From NCBI GenBank assembly GCA_965238005.1, contig OZ250165.1, positions 3,712,001 through 3,776,000 of the forward strand: a stretch of DNA of 64,000 nucleotides, read 5' to 3'. The stretch is from Longimicrobiales bacterium (lineage in GTDB: Bacteria; Gemmatimonadota; Gemmatimonadetes; Longimicrobiales; Gaopeijiaceae). The position numbers and the translations under genes were made by a program. The notes below the pieces were generated by a model. It had not been told where the DNA came from, did not search any database, and worked only from the letters and a program-made list of their open reading frames with translations. Below, piece by piece: positions 54,291 through 64,000 of the stretch; positions within the stretch are counted from its first letter, which is position 1, and the number at the start of each line of letters is the position of its first letter.

Positions 54291-55300
54291 GAACCTTCCC
54301 ACTTCTCGCCTCACTGGCCGCGACGATCCTGATCGGAGCAGCGAATGTAGAAGCACCGTCCGACGACCCGGGCACGCGTGTGAACGAGACGCACACGGCG
54401 CCCAGGCGGACATTCGCCCGTCAGGTCCACTACCGCTCGACGACGATCGACGACGTGGAAGTCTTCTACCGCGAAGCGGGCTCGCGGGAGAATCCCACAG
54501 TTCTCCTGCTCCACGGCTTCCCGACGTCGTCTCACATGTTCCGCAATCTCATTCCGGCCCTGGCCGGCGACTACCACCTCATCGCGCCGGACTACCCCGG
54601 CTTCGGGAACAGCTCGATGCCCGCCGTCGACGAGTTCGACTACACGTTCGATCGACTGGCGGAGATCATCGAGTCCCTGGTCGACCAGCTCGACCTCGAC
54701 TCATACAGCATCTACGTGATGGACTACGGCGCCCCGGTGGGATATCGCCTGGCCGCCAAGTATCCGGAGCGCGTCGAGTCGTTGATCGTCCAGAACGGCA
54801 ACGCGTACGACGAGGGGCTCCGGGAGTTCTGGGACCCTATCAAGGCGTACTGGGCGGACAAGAGCCCCGAGAACGCCGAGCCGTTGCGCGGGCTGTTCAC
54901 GATCGACGCAACCAAGTGGCAATACCTCACCGGCGTGCGTGACCCAGCCAGCATCAGCCCCGATACCTGGGGCCACGTTCAGCCGCTTCTGGATCGTGCC
55001 GGCAACGACGAGATCCAACTGGCGCTGTTCTACTCGTACGGGAGCAACCCACCCCTTTATCCGGAGTGGCAGGAGTACTTCCGCCGGCATCAGCCGCCCA
55101 TGCTCATCGTTTGGGGCCAGAACGATCCGACCTTTCCGGCCGAGGGCGCCCACCCGTACAAGCGCGATTTGAAAGACCTCGAGTTCCATCTCTTGGACAC
55201 GGGCCACTTCGCCCTCGAGGAAGACGGCCCGGTGATCGCGCAGCTCATGAAGTCCTTCCTGGATCGGAAGGTGAAGAGACCTTCCCTCCTGGGTTCATAG
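54287..55300 (+). CDS. Alpha/beta hydrolase (epoxide hydrolase/dehalogenase-like)
   Basis: [25 protein letters not shown] (Asp nucleophile), DTGHFALE. Confidence 0.92.
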   Translation: MRTFPLLASLAATILIGAANVEAPSDDPGTRVNETHTAPRRTFARQVHYRSTTIDDVEVFYREAGSRENPTVLLLHGFPTSSHMFRNLIPALAGDYHLIAPDYPGFGNSSMPAVDEFDYTFDRLAEIIESLVDQLDLDSYSIYVMDYGAPVGYRLAAKYPERVESLIVQNGNAYDEGLREFWDPIKAYWADKSPENAEPLRGLFTIDATKWQYLTGVRDPASISPDTWGHVQPLLDRAGNDEIQLALFYSYGSNPPLYPEWQEYFRRHQPPMLIVWGQNDPTFPAEGAHPYKRDLKDLEFHLLDTGHFALEEDGPVIAQLMKSFLDRKVKRPSLLGS

Positions 55301-55379
55301 AACCCGTTTAGCCAGCCGCGGGGGCGGGGCCCCAGGATCGCGCCCCCGCCGGTATGGACCACTGAAAGGAGCCTTGGCA

Positions 55380-56321
55380 ATGACTGTCGCAACCATCTAC
55401 CACGAGGGTGAACTGCTCGTCCAGCAGCGCACGGGCGAAGAGCTGCAAGCGAAGCAGAACGCAGGCGTGATCTCCGATCGCATCATACCCGGTGCCATTC
55501 CCTTCATCGCTCAGCAACCGATGGTGGTGTTGGGGAGCGTGGACACGGATCAGAACGTCTGGGCATCCGTGCTGTTCGGCCGCCCGGGATTCGTCTCGGC
55601 GGCGGACGACCGCACAATGGACTTCGATCTGTCCCGGGCCGGCTACGACGAGCACGACCCGCTCTGGGCCAACATCGCCGGCGATCCGCGCGTCGGAATG
55701 CTCGCGATCGAGCTCGCCACACGCAGGCGTCTCCGTGTCAACGGTAACCTGAGACGCGTGGATGACGAGAAGCTGCGGCTCGACGTGATCGAGGCATACC
55801 CCAACTGCCCCAAGTACATCCAGCGTCGTCACATCGTGCAGCTCTCGGGTGAGTCACGGAACGGAATCGAGCCGCTCTCGGGTGGCATCCTGAAGCCCCC
55901 ACAGCGAGCGTCCATCGGCGCAGCCGACACCTTCTTCGTCGCGAGTGCTCACCCCGAGCGGGGTGTGGATGTCTCGCACCGGGGAGGGAACCCCGGGTTC
56001 GTCGAGGTCCTGGACGAGCGGACGCTACGGGTCCCCGATTATGCCGGGAACAGCATGTTCAACACGCTTGGCAACTTCGTCGCCAACCCGCGGGCCGGTC
56101 TCCTCTTCATCGACTTCGACGCCAACCAGACCCTGCAGTTGGTCGGAACACCGGAGATCCGGTGGGAGCTCGACGAGTCGAGCGATCGCACGGGCGGAAC
56201 GCGCCGTTACTGGGATTTCACCGTCGAGCGCTGGCTCGAGAGGCCACTCCTCCACCCCGTCGAGTGGGAGCTGCTCGACTACTCGCCGTTCAACCCAAGG
56301 TGGACGGAGGGCGAGAAATGA
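55380..56321 (+). CDS. Pyridoxamine 5'-phosphate oxidase-family flavin-binding protein (tandem domains)
   Basis: YHEGEL, RRRLRVNG, NCPKYIQRR, DVSHRGGNPGFV, PDYAGNSMFNTLGN. Confidence 0.9.
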   Translation: MTVATIYHEGELLVQQRTGEELQAKQNAGVISDRIIPGAIPFIAQQPMVVLGSVDTDQNVWASVLFGRPGFVSAADDRTMDFDLSRAGYDEHDPLWANIAGDPRVGMLAIELATRRRLRVNGNLRRVDDEKLRLDVIEAYPNCPKYIQRRHIVQLSGESRNGIEPLSGGILKPPQRASIGAADTFFVASAHPERGVDVSHRGGNPGFVEVLDERTLRVPDYAGNSMFNTLGNFVANPRAGLLFIDFDANQTLQLVGTPEIRWELDESSDRTGGTRRYWDFTVERWLERPLLHPVEWELLDYSPFNPRWTEGEK

Positions 56322-57265
56322 AACTCACGGTGAGTCGCATCAGAGTGGAAGCCGAGCGTGTGAGATCGTTGGAGTTACGATCAGTCGGCGGTGAGCAGCT
56401 GCCCTCGTTCACCCCTGGATCTCACCTGGCTATTCAGGTGCAGCTACAGAGCGGACAAACCGAGCAGCGCCGGTACTCCATCCTCTCCGATCGCGAGGAC
56501 CGCACACGTTACGAGATCGCGGTGCTTCGAGAGGCGAACGGGCGGGGAGGATCGCGCTTCATGCACGAGGCGGTCGGGGAAGGCGATCTCATGGAGGTGT
56601 CCGGACCCAGGAACGACTTCCCTCTGGCGTCCCACGCATCGCACTCCATTCTCATCGCCGGCGGCATCGGCATCACGCCCATCCTCGCGATGCTGAGGAA
56701 GCTCATCTCGGACGGCGCCTCATTCGAGATCCACTACGCGGCGCGCGCCAGAGAGACCATGGCGTACGGCGAGGAGGTGGAGCGTCTCGCCGGAGACCGG
56801 GCGACTCTCTATTTCGGAGGGCGCGCCGGGGACACCCCACTCGACATCCCAGTTGTGCTCTCGGCGCCGACCGATGGCGCGCATGTGTACGTCTGTGGCC
56901 CTGCCGGCCTGATCCGAGCCGTGCGAGACACCGCGCTCGAGAAGGGCTTGCGGCGGGGCCAGATCCACTTCGAGAGCTTCGGCGGGAGCGCGAAGACCGA
57001 CGACCGACCCCTCCAGGTGGAGCTCGCTCGCTCACAGATGTCGCTGGAAGTCCCCGCGTCACAGTCGATCCTCGACGCGATGCTCGAAGCCGGCGTGTGG
57101 GCAACGTACGACTGCAAACGCGGCGAATGCGGCATGTGCATGACGCCGGTCCTGCAGGGGGAGCCGGATCATCGAGACGTCTTCCTCACCGAGTCGGACC
57201 GGGAGCGCTTCATGTGTACCTGCGTCTCCCGCGCGAAGAGCGAGAGGCTCGTTCTCGATCTGTGA
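56318..57265 (+). CDS. PDR/VanB-family oxidoreductase (FMN, NAD, 2Fe-2S)
   Basis: RRYS, GRGGS, AGGIGITP, YVCGP, CKRGECGMC. Confidence 0.93.
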   Translation: MKLTVSRIRVEAERVRSLELRSVGGEQLPSFTPGSHLAIQVQLQSGQTEQRRYSILSDREDRTRYEIAVLREANGRGGSRFMHEAVGEGDLMEVSGPRNDFPLASHASHSILIAGGIGITPILAMLRKLISDGASFEIHYAARARETMAYGEEVERLAGDRATLYFGGRAGDTPLDIPVVLSAPTDGAHVYVCGPAGLIRAVRDTALEKGLRRGQIHFESFGGSAKTDDRPLQVELARSQMSLEVPASQSILDAMLEAGVWATYDCKRGECGMCMTPVLQGEPDHRDVFLTESDRERFMCTCVSRAKSERLVLDL

Positions 57266-57305
57266 AACTTCGTTCACGTCGACGTCGAACGACCCGGTGG
57301 CGCCG

Positions 57306-58775
57306 TCATCGGCGGCCGAGTCCCAACTTCTTGATCCGCGACGCTAGTGTGGTGGCCTTGACCCCGAGCAACGCTGCGGCACCATCGGGTCCGTAGACCC
57401 GCCAGTTCGTGCGCTCCAGGGCGCGTAGCACGTTGTCGCGCTCCCGTCGTCGCATCTCGGCGGCGGACACCACGCCAACCTCGGCATCCACCGCACTCCC
57501 GGGCGCGGAGGGCCCACTTCCCTCCGACGAAGGAAGATCGAAGCTCAGCGGTCCGCCACGATTCGTGATCACAGCCCGCTCGATCACATTCTGTAACTCC
57601 CGCACGTTTCCGGGCCAATCGTATGACAAAAGCCTCGACGCTTCCTCGGACGCGAGCGACCTCGGTCCTCGACTGAGCTTCCGCACGGCTCGTTCGAGGT
57701 AATGAGTCGCGAGGAGCTGGGTGTCGTCGCCGCGATGACGGAGAGGCGGCACGTCGATGGGAAAGACATTGAGCCGATAGTAGAGGTCCTGGCGGAAACG
57801 GCCACCCTCGACCTCCCCTTTGAGATTTCGATTGGTGGCCGCGATGATCCGAACGTCGGCACTGCGTGTCTTGGCCTCGCCGACCCGCTCGAACTCACCT
57901 TCCTGTAGAACGCGGAGCAGCTTGCCCTGAATCTCGAGGGGGATCTCACCGATCTCGTCGAGGAACAACGTGCCCTGATCCGCGAGCTGGAACCGGCCGA
58001 CGCGATCCTTGATCGCTCCGGTGAACGCACCCTTCACATGACCGAAGAACTCACTCTCGAACAATTCGCGCGGGATAGACGCACAGTTCACCTTGATGAG
58101 CGGCTTATCACGCCGGCTGCTGAGTGCGTGGATCGCCCGAGTAACGACTTCTTTGCCAGTCCCCGTTTCCCCGCTGATCACGACATTGGCGTCCGTCGGC
58201 GCCACGGTCTCGATCGCGGCACGCACGTTCGCCATCGCAGGGGACTCGCCCACCATCTCCTCGAAATTGTACTCGGCCTGGAGCTCCTCGCGGAGATACT
58301 GATTCTCATGGTGGAGTCGGTCTCTGAGTGCCTCGACCTCGGCCAGTGCGGTCCTTAGCTCCTCCTCTGCTTTCTTGAGCTGCGTGATCTCCTGGCCGCA
58401 TCCGAGGACATGCGTGACCGTCCCGGCCTCGTCTTCGACGGGACTGAACGTGCGGACGTAGTGAAGCCGGCGACCGTCTCTGTCGGTCCAGATCTCCTCG
58501 AACGTCACCGACTCCTTCTCCTTCACGCAGTGATCGACGGCCCCCTGTCGCTTATCCGCAATCTCGATCGGATGACCCCGCTCTAGCACCCACTCGTGGT
58601 TCGTCTTGCCGAGCATCCACTCTCGCACCCCGGGGTCGCGAATTCCGGACGGCGTGTTGAAGAGGTACCGCCCTTCGGTGTCGAGAACGCCGATCTCCGC
58701 CGGGATGTTGTTCAGTATCCGCCGGTACTGCTCGAGCTCGTTGATCAGATCCGGTGTAAGACCTTCTCCGGGCAT
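57306..58775 (-). CDS. PAS-domain sigma54-dependent enhancer-binding protein
   Basis: GETGTGKE, ESEFFGHVKGAFTGA, LFLDEIGE, WPGNVRELQN, C-terminal HTH. Confidence 0.95.
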   Translation of the reverse strand: MPGEGLTPDLINELEQYRRILNNIPAEIGVLDTEGRYLFNTPSGIRDPGVREWMLGKTNHEWVLERGHPIEIADKRQGAVDHCVKEKESVTFEEIWTDRDGRRLHYVRTFSPVEDEAGTVTHVLGCGQEITQLKKAEEELRTALAEVEALRDRLHHENQYLREELQAEYNFEEMVGESPAMANVRAAIETVAPTDANVVISGETGTGKEVVTRAIHALSSRRDKPLIKVNCASIPRELFESEFFGHVKGAFTGAIKDRVGRFQLADQGTLFLDEIGEIPLEIQGKLLRVLQEGEFERVGEAKTRSADVRIIAATNRNLKGEVEGGRFRQDLYYRLNVFPIDVPPLRHRGDDTQLLATHYLERAVRKLSRGPRSLASEEASRLLSYDWPGNVRELQNVIERAVITNRGGPLSFDLPSSEGSGPSAPGSAVDAEVGVVSAAEMRRRERDNVLRALERTNWRVYGPDGAAALLGVKATTLASRIKKLGLGRR

Positions 58776-58839
58776 TCATCCTCCTCGGAGGCTGGGTGAC
58801 GATCGTGTCTTGGCATCCCATCGCAGTTCCGAACAAAAT

Positions 58840-58893
58840 CACGATAACTCGTGACGATATCAACGATAGTTCGTGATACCACGAACTTTCGTG
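58840..58893. promoter_or_regulatory. Three palindromic upstream activator sites, (C/A)ACGA-N4-TCGTG
   Basis: Sites at 58840-58853, 58862-58875 and 58880-58893, between the activator gene and the sigma54 promoter. Confidence 0.7.
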
Positions 58894-58949
58894 ATCAGCC
58901 TGAAATCCGCAACGTGGTTTCTGACAATGATTTACGGCGCTGCCTCGCT

Positions 58950-58964
58950 TGGCACGACCCGTGC
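58950..58964 (+). promoter_or_regulatory. sigma54 -24/-12 promoter
   Basis: TGGCACG-ACCC-GTGC with exact GG-N10-GC spacing. Confidence 0.75.
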
Positions 58965-59030
58965 CTTCCTTTGCGATTGAGCGACGGAGAGGCACAAGGA
59001 CCTCTCGCCACACGACAAGGAGAGAGAACG

Positions 59031-60122
59031 ATGGCAACGATAACGAAGAGCGAGACGGTGCGAGGAACGGAGCAGTCCATCGCCGGAGCGATGAAGGCAG
59101 TCGTCATCCGGGGATTCGGCGGACCCGACGTGCTCGAGCCCACCGAAGTGCCGGTCGCGGAGCCGCAGCCTGGTCATCTGCTCATCAAGGTGAACGCCGC
59201 CGGCCTGAATCGGTTCGATCACTACATCCGACAGGGCGAGATCGCCCCGGAGCTTCCGTGGCCACACATCCTGGGCTCCGATGCTGCGGGTGAAGTGGCG
59301 GCTATCGGCGCCGGCGTCAGCGGTTTCGAGATCGGCGACGCGGTCATTCCGGTGCCTGGCTATCCACTCGATGAGGCCGAGTGGGGCATCCGGCCGGCCG
59401 GGACGGCCGTCAGCTTCACGGTCCCCGGGCTCGGGCGGCCGGGCACGTACGCCCAGTACGTCGAGTTTCCGGCCGAGTTTACGGTAAAGGACGAGACCGG
59501 ACTAGCGCCGGAGCTCGTGGCGACACTGCCGGTGGTCTTGGCAACCGCGGTACGCTCGGTAAAGACGGTAGGCGGCGTGAAGTCGGGCGACACTGTGCTC
59601 GTCCACGCCGGCTCGGGTGGCGCCGGGAGTATGCAGGTGCAGGTCGCCAAGGCGCTCGGCGCAAAGGTCGCGACAACGGTGCGGAGTCAGGAGGACGCGG
59701 ACTTCGTACGGTCGCTCGGTGCCGATTTCGTGATCGACACGAGCACGGATGACTTCGTAGCACGCGTCAAGGAATGGACTGATGGCCAGGGCGTCGACGT
59801 CGTGATCGACAGCCTGGGTGGCGATGTGCTGCCGAAGAGCATCGATGCGGCGCGTCCCCTCGGCACCATCGTCATCTACGGGTTCGCGGCCGGTACGGAG
59901 ACGACCTTCGACGTGAGGAGTGTGTTCTTCACGCAGAAGCGGTTGCTCGGCTCGATGGCGATGGACAAGGAAGACCTTGAGTACGGTCTCGAGTTGGTCG
60001 CCGCCGGCCACATCAGGCCGATCCTCGACCGTGCGCTTCCGTTGAGCGAGGCCGCAGAGGCACATCGGTTGATCGCTGATAACGAGATCACAGGCAGCGT
60101 GGTGCTCCTGCCCTGGGCCTAA
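59031..60122 (+). CDS. MDR-family NADPH:quinone oxidoreductase
   Basis: PHILGSDAAG, VHAGSGGAG; RBS AAGGAG upstream of ATG 59031. Confidence 0.9.
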   Translation: MATITKSETVRGTEQSIAGAMKAVVIRGFGGPDVLEPTEVPVAEPQPGHLLIKVNAAGLNRFDHYIRQGEIAPELPWPHILGSDAAGEVAAIGAGVSGFEIGDAVIPVPGYPLDEAEWGIRPAGTAVSFTVPGLGRPGTYAQYVEFPAEFTVKDETGLAPELVATLPVVLATAVRSVKTVGGVKSGDTVLVHAGSGGAGSMQVQVAKALGAKVATTVRSQEDADFVRSLGADFVIDTSTDDFVARVKEWTDGQGVDVVIDSLGGDVLPKSIDAARPLGTIVIYGFAAGTETTFDVRSVFFTQKRLLGSMAMDKEDLEYGLELVAAGHIRPILDRALPLSEAAEAHRLIADNEITGSVVLLPWA

Positions 60123-60136
60123 GCATGAAGCCCAAC

Positions 60137-60165
60137 CCCGGCCCTCCAGTCGATGGAGGGCCGGG
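60137..60165. terminator. GC-rich hairpin (terminator or processing site)
   Basis: CCCGGCCCTCCA-GTCGA-TGGAGGGCCGGG, 12-bp stem without a U tract. Confidence 0.4.
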
Positions 60166-60213
60166 TCTAGCCACACCCCACGAACGAACAGCCAGAAGGA
60201 GGGAGAAGCTATC

Positions 60214-61254
60214 ATGAAAACGCGAAACCTGAGATCGTCTCTGACGGTCGCCGCCACCACCGCCTCTGCCCTCGCCCTCGCGGCGTTGACCCCGACGAGC
60301 AGCCGGGCGCAAGACACCGAGCTCATCGAGCCGTCTACGACAGTGCCCATGGTCCCGGGACAGAAGCTCAAGGTGAGCGACTTCGACCGGATGATGCGGC
60401 CCCATACGATCCAGCGACTCACAGAGCGAGCATACTGGGTCGAGGTAATGGGTTATCAATCCACCGTCCTGGTCGGGGATAGAGGGGTCCTCGTAATCGA
60501 CGCCGCCAGGGACGGACGTGGGGCGGCGATCATCCAGGCGATTCGTGCAGAGCTCACGGATCTGCCGATTACCACGCTCGTGTACAGTCACTACCACTAC
60601 GATCACGTGGGAGGAGCGGGCGCCTACGTCGAGGAGGCAGAGCGCACAGGAACAGAGCTGCGCATCGTGGGAACGGAGGCGGCCCGCACACAGATCCAGC
60701 GCTACGGTGAGAGAGTCCCCCTGCCGACCGAGATCATTCCGGTCCCATGGGGTCAGTTCGAGTTCGAGGGTATGGTGATCGAAGTCGGGACGCCGGCGGC
60801 GGGTCACTCCTCGGACAACAGCTGGATTCTACTGAGGGATGAGAAGGTGCTTCACAATGTGGACCTGGTGCACCCCGGACTTCTCGAGTTCCCCGGGTTC
60901 GGGTGGGCGGAAGACCTCTTGGGGTACGAGGAGTCCGTCCGGGAGCTCCTGACCATCGACTGGGAGATCCTCGTCGCCGGCCATAACAACATAGGCTCTC
61001 GCGGGGATGTGCAGTTGGTGGCGGACTACTTCGACGATGTCCGCAGTCAGGTGATCGAGGCTATCCAGGGAACCGAGTTCGGGCCCTTCCTCGACAAGGA
61101 CAAAGTGTTCTACGCGTGGTTCATCGACTACGCGGACGCGGTCTCAACGAAAGCCGTCGAGGCTCTCCGCCCCAAGTGGGGCGAGCATGCCGGGTTCGAC
61201 ATCGTATCCAAGTCGCACTCGGAGAAGATGTTCTGGCATCTCTACATGCACTGA
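60214..61254 (+). CDS. Secreted MBL-fold metallo-hydrolase
   Basis: Signal peptide; YSHYHYDHVGG, GHSSD, VAGH. Confidence 0.88.
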   Translation: MKTRNLRSSLTVAATTASALALAALTPTSSRAQDTELIEPSTTVPMVPGQKLKVSDFDRMMRPHTIQRLTERAYWVEVMGYQSTVLVGDRGVLVIDAARDGRGAAIIQAIRAELTDLPITTLVYSHYHYDHVGGAGAYVEEAERTGTELRIVGTEAARTQIQRYGERVPLPTEIIPVPWGQFEFEGMVIEVGTPAAGHSSDNSWILLRDEKVLHNVDLVHPGLLEFPGFGWAEDLLGYEESVRELLTIDWEILVAGHNNIGSRGDVQLVADYFDDVRSQVIEAIQGTEFGPFLDKDKVFYAWFIDYADAVSTKAVEALRPKWGEHAGFDIVSKSHSEKMFWHLYMH

Positions 61255-61329
61255 GCTTGGCAACAGGTGCCGGTGGCTACCTCAAGGCTTACGATGGTAG
61301 CCGAAGGTCAAGGGAAGATCGCGAGGACT

Positions 61330-61428
61330 GCGGTGCTTCCTTCTCACCGAGGGATGGGTCTCGGTAGACGCCTCATTCGGGAACTGGAGACCAGTTGTGC
61401 TCCTTCAAGAAAAACTGGACGCCGTTAG
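61330..61428 (+). pseudogene. GNAT acetyltransferase fragment
   Basis: Start-less AVLPSHRGMGLGRRLIRELE (acetyl-CoA motif RxxGxG). Confidence 0.4.
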
Positions 61429-61600
61429 CGCCTCTCTGGCGAAGGAGGCTCGGAGCCGACTGAGATACTGGAGTCACTTAGTGGGCTTTGAGCCTCCTGG
61501 GCCACAACGCCTGCTAGGATGGTGAAGAGGCTGTAGCGAAATTGAGTCATTCGATCGAACCCTGATGCAGCTCCACTAGACGTCGGAGCAGGAGGTAGTC

Positions 61601-62785
61601 ATGTCGTCATCCACACCGGTCGTGACAACCGAGGTGATGTTTCAGCCCGTTCAGGTTGGACGCTATGAGCTGGCCCACCGAATTGCGATGGCGCCGCTGA
61701 CCCGCTCGCGCACTCGGCAGCCGGGCAACATTCCATCCTCCCTCAACGCCTGCTATTACTCCCAACGTGCTTCCGCCGCTCTGATCATTTCCGAGGCCAC
61801 TCAGGTCTCCCAGCAGGGCCAAGGCTACGCCTGGACACCCGGTATCCACACCCCCGAGCAGGTCGCGGGATGGCGGTTGGTTACGGATGCGGTGCACAAA
61901 GCGGGCGGCCGGATCTTCATGCAGCTCTGGCACGTCGGGTGAATTTCTCACCCTTCGTTGCAGCCCGATGGCATGCCTCCGGTGGCGCCATCGCCGATCG
62001 CGCCTTCCGGGGAGGCGTTCATCGAGAACGAAGACGGCGAAGCTGCGTTCGCGCCCTTCGTGACGCCACGCGCGCTGCAGCTCGAGGAGATGCCATACGT
62101 CGTCGAGCAGTTCGTGCGCGGGGCGAAGAACGCCCTTGCCGCCGGTTTCGACGGCGTGGAAGTCCACGCGGCGAACGGGTACCTCCTCGACCAGTTCCTC
62201 CAGACAGCGACCAACCGTCGCACCGACGAATATGGAGGCTCGGTAGAGAACCGCGGAAAGATTCTGCTGCAGGTCATCGAAGCCGTGAACGAGGTCTGGG
62301 ATTCCGACCGCGTCGGCGTCCGCCTGTCACCCATCGGAGCATTCAACGACATGGCCGACGATAACTCGGAGGCCACCTTCGGCTACGTCGTCGAGAGGCT
62401 CAACGACTATGACCTCGCCTATCTCCACGTTGTAAGGCCGCGCATCCCCGAAGCTGAATTCGGATCCTGGGACGATCCTGAGGCGCAATCGATGATGCAG
62501 TTGATTCGCGACAAATACGAAGGCACGCTGATCGTAGCCGGTGGGTTCGATCGTGACGAAGCCGAGGAATGGGTACTGAGCGGCAAGGCGGATCTGATCG
62601 CGTTCGGGCGGAAATTCTTGGCGAATCCTGACCTACCACAGCGCTTCCGACTCGGTGCGGAGCTGAACGCCGACGACGCGACGTCCTACTACGGCGGCGG
62701 TGCGAAAGGCTACACTGATTACCCGTCGCTCGACCAAGAGCGCGGCGAGGTGCCAATGCCCTGCGTCGACCAACGGTGGCGGTGA
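61601..62785 (+). pseudogene. Old Yellow Enzyme/NemA-like alkene reductase with in-frame TGA (61940-61942)
   Basis: MAPLTRSR, QLWHVG*ISH (family consensus HVGRISH), HAANGYLLDQF, FGRKFLANPDL. Confidence 0.88.
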
Positions 62786-62827
62786 CACGGCGCTTCGGAA
62801 GACTACTCGATGCGCTTTGGCACCAAT

Positions 62828-63274
62828 TCAATCGAGGGAGACACCCTCCTCGAATTCGACCGAGTCCATGATCTCCACCCCGTTCGTCAGTGTCTTGTGG
62901 ACTGGACACCGCTGCGCCACCTGCCCGAGTCGCTTCCGCTGCGCGGTGTCGAAGCGTCCGCGGATCGTCACGTTGGACTGAATGCGCTCGATCCACCCGT
63001 CCGCCCGTGCATCGCAGTCCTCGCAGTCGTCGGCGTGGACGCGGTCGAAGGCGAGGTGGACGCCGACGCCCGCCAGGGGAATGCCCTTGTGGTTCGCGTA
63101 GAGCCTGAGGGTCGTGGCGATGCACGCCGCCAGGCTCCCCAGGAGCAGTTCGTAGGGCGTGGGGCCCGTGTCGGTTCCGCTGGCCTGAGGAGGCTCATCC
63201 GCCAGCCATGAGAATTGGCGTGCCTCGATCGTCACCTTGGTACCTTCTGCCAGATTCGCCGTTACCGTGGCCAT
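62828..63274 (-). CDS. OsmC/Ohr-family protein
   Basis: ADEP...GPTPYELLLGSLAAC, RCPVHKTL. Confidence 0.9.
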   Translation of the reverse strand: MATVTANLAEGTKVTIEARQFSWLADEPPQASGTDTGPTPYELLLGSLAACIATTLRLYANHKGIPLAGVGVHLAFDRVHADDCEDCDARADGWIERIQSNVTIRGRFDTAQRKRLGQVAQRCPVHKTLTNGVEIMDSVEFEEGVSLD

Positions 63275-63284
63275 GCGCGCCTCC

Positions 63285-63562
63285 TCAGGCTGATTCTTCA
63301 AGCTGCCTATAACGCCGCTCGGACTCCGCTATCGGAACATCGTTCGCGCTCATGTCGCGGCGGCGCATGAGACCTTCCTCGTCGAACTCCCAGTGTTCGT
63401 TGCCGTGGGTCCGGTACCACTGGTCGCTCTCGTCCCGCCACTCGTATTCGAACCGCACCGAGATGCGGTTGTCGGTATAGGCCCAGAGCTCCTTCATCAG
63501 ACGATAGTCGAGCTCGGACGCCCACTTGCGCGTGAGAAACTCCTTGATCGCCTCGCCCCGAA
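63285..63562 (-). pseudogene. DUF1348 (SnoaL/NTF2-like) protein, N-terminally deleted
   Basis: [39 protein letters not shown]...GNEHWEFD; the 5' part is missing. Confidence 0.75.
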
Positions 63563-63589
63563 TCCCGGGTCTCGGCTCGGTGGAGGGGA

Positions 63590-64000
63590 CTGTATCCCCG
63601 GACCTGCTTCAGCGTCGTCTTGGGAGGCATCGAGAGCTCGCCGGGATTCGTGAGCACATCCACCAGCACCGGGCCGTCCGTCTCGAGCGCGGACGCCACC
63701 GCCGATCTCAGTTCTCCCGGATCCTCCACGCGGATTCCTCGCGCGCCCATCGCCTCGGCGACCTTGGCGAAATTCGGATTCACTAGCTGCGTCCCGAAAT
63801 CACGGAGCCCAGCCACGTTCTGCTCGAGCTTGACCATCGCGAGCGAGCTGTTGTTGTAGACCACCACCTTTACCGGAAGCCGCGCCTGCACCAGCGTGAT
63901 GAAATCCCCCATCAGCATGGTGAACCCGCCGTCTCCCGAAAGTGAGATCACCTGGCGATCGGGATAGCAGAGCTGGGCTCCGATCGCCTGGGGAAGGGCA
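63590..64000 (-). CDS. TPP-dependent pyruvate oxidase/dehydrogenase (PoxB-like), 3' part; native stop apparently deleted
   Basis: [20 protein letters not shown]...YNN TPP motif, ELSMPP; reads through into the DUF1348 remnant. Confidence 0.85.

Noticed and set aside
58811..58824. Second sigma54 promoter TGGCATCCCATCGC
   Set aside because: GG-GC spacing is 9 nt rather than the required 10.

Overview
A 64-kb window from a high-GC diderm bacterium. Gene content and synteny suggest Gemmatimonadota, but this is inference. 1-34.4 kb is mostly core genome: a peptidoglycan-recycling cluster (two GH3/NagZ-like genes, NamZ, a D-amino-acid aminotransferase), pspA, uvrA, htpX, tamAB, lgt, tsaD, a YbbR-like gene, a TlpA thioredoxin, a PASTA protein, rsmB, thiGSE, fmt, def, yajC and tgt. 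34.5-40.4 kb holds gene remnants and an ompA-like gene split by a complete 2,302-bp IS1595-family transposon (39-bp imperfect TIRs, 8-bp TSD). Besides the transposase, that element carries two small ORFs and three strongly base-paired non-coding segments. Two of these follow a duplicated promoter-like motif, and one contains tandem 16S-3'-end (anti-SD) mimics; this is the best candidate for an undescribed system. 40.6-48.3 kb is a form I aerobic CO dehydrogenase cluster (coxD-E-G-M-S-L-F, with a YHS domain fused to CoxF). 48.4-64 kb is a partly decayed redox/detoxification region with a TetR module and a sigma54 module whose operators can be read from the sequence. IS630-like MITEs at CTAG sites, a 31-bp transposon ghost, homopolymer frameshifts and in-frame TGA stops are scattered across the window. 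No rRNA, canonical tRNA or CRISPR array was found.
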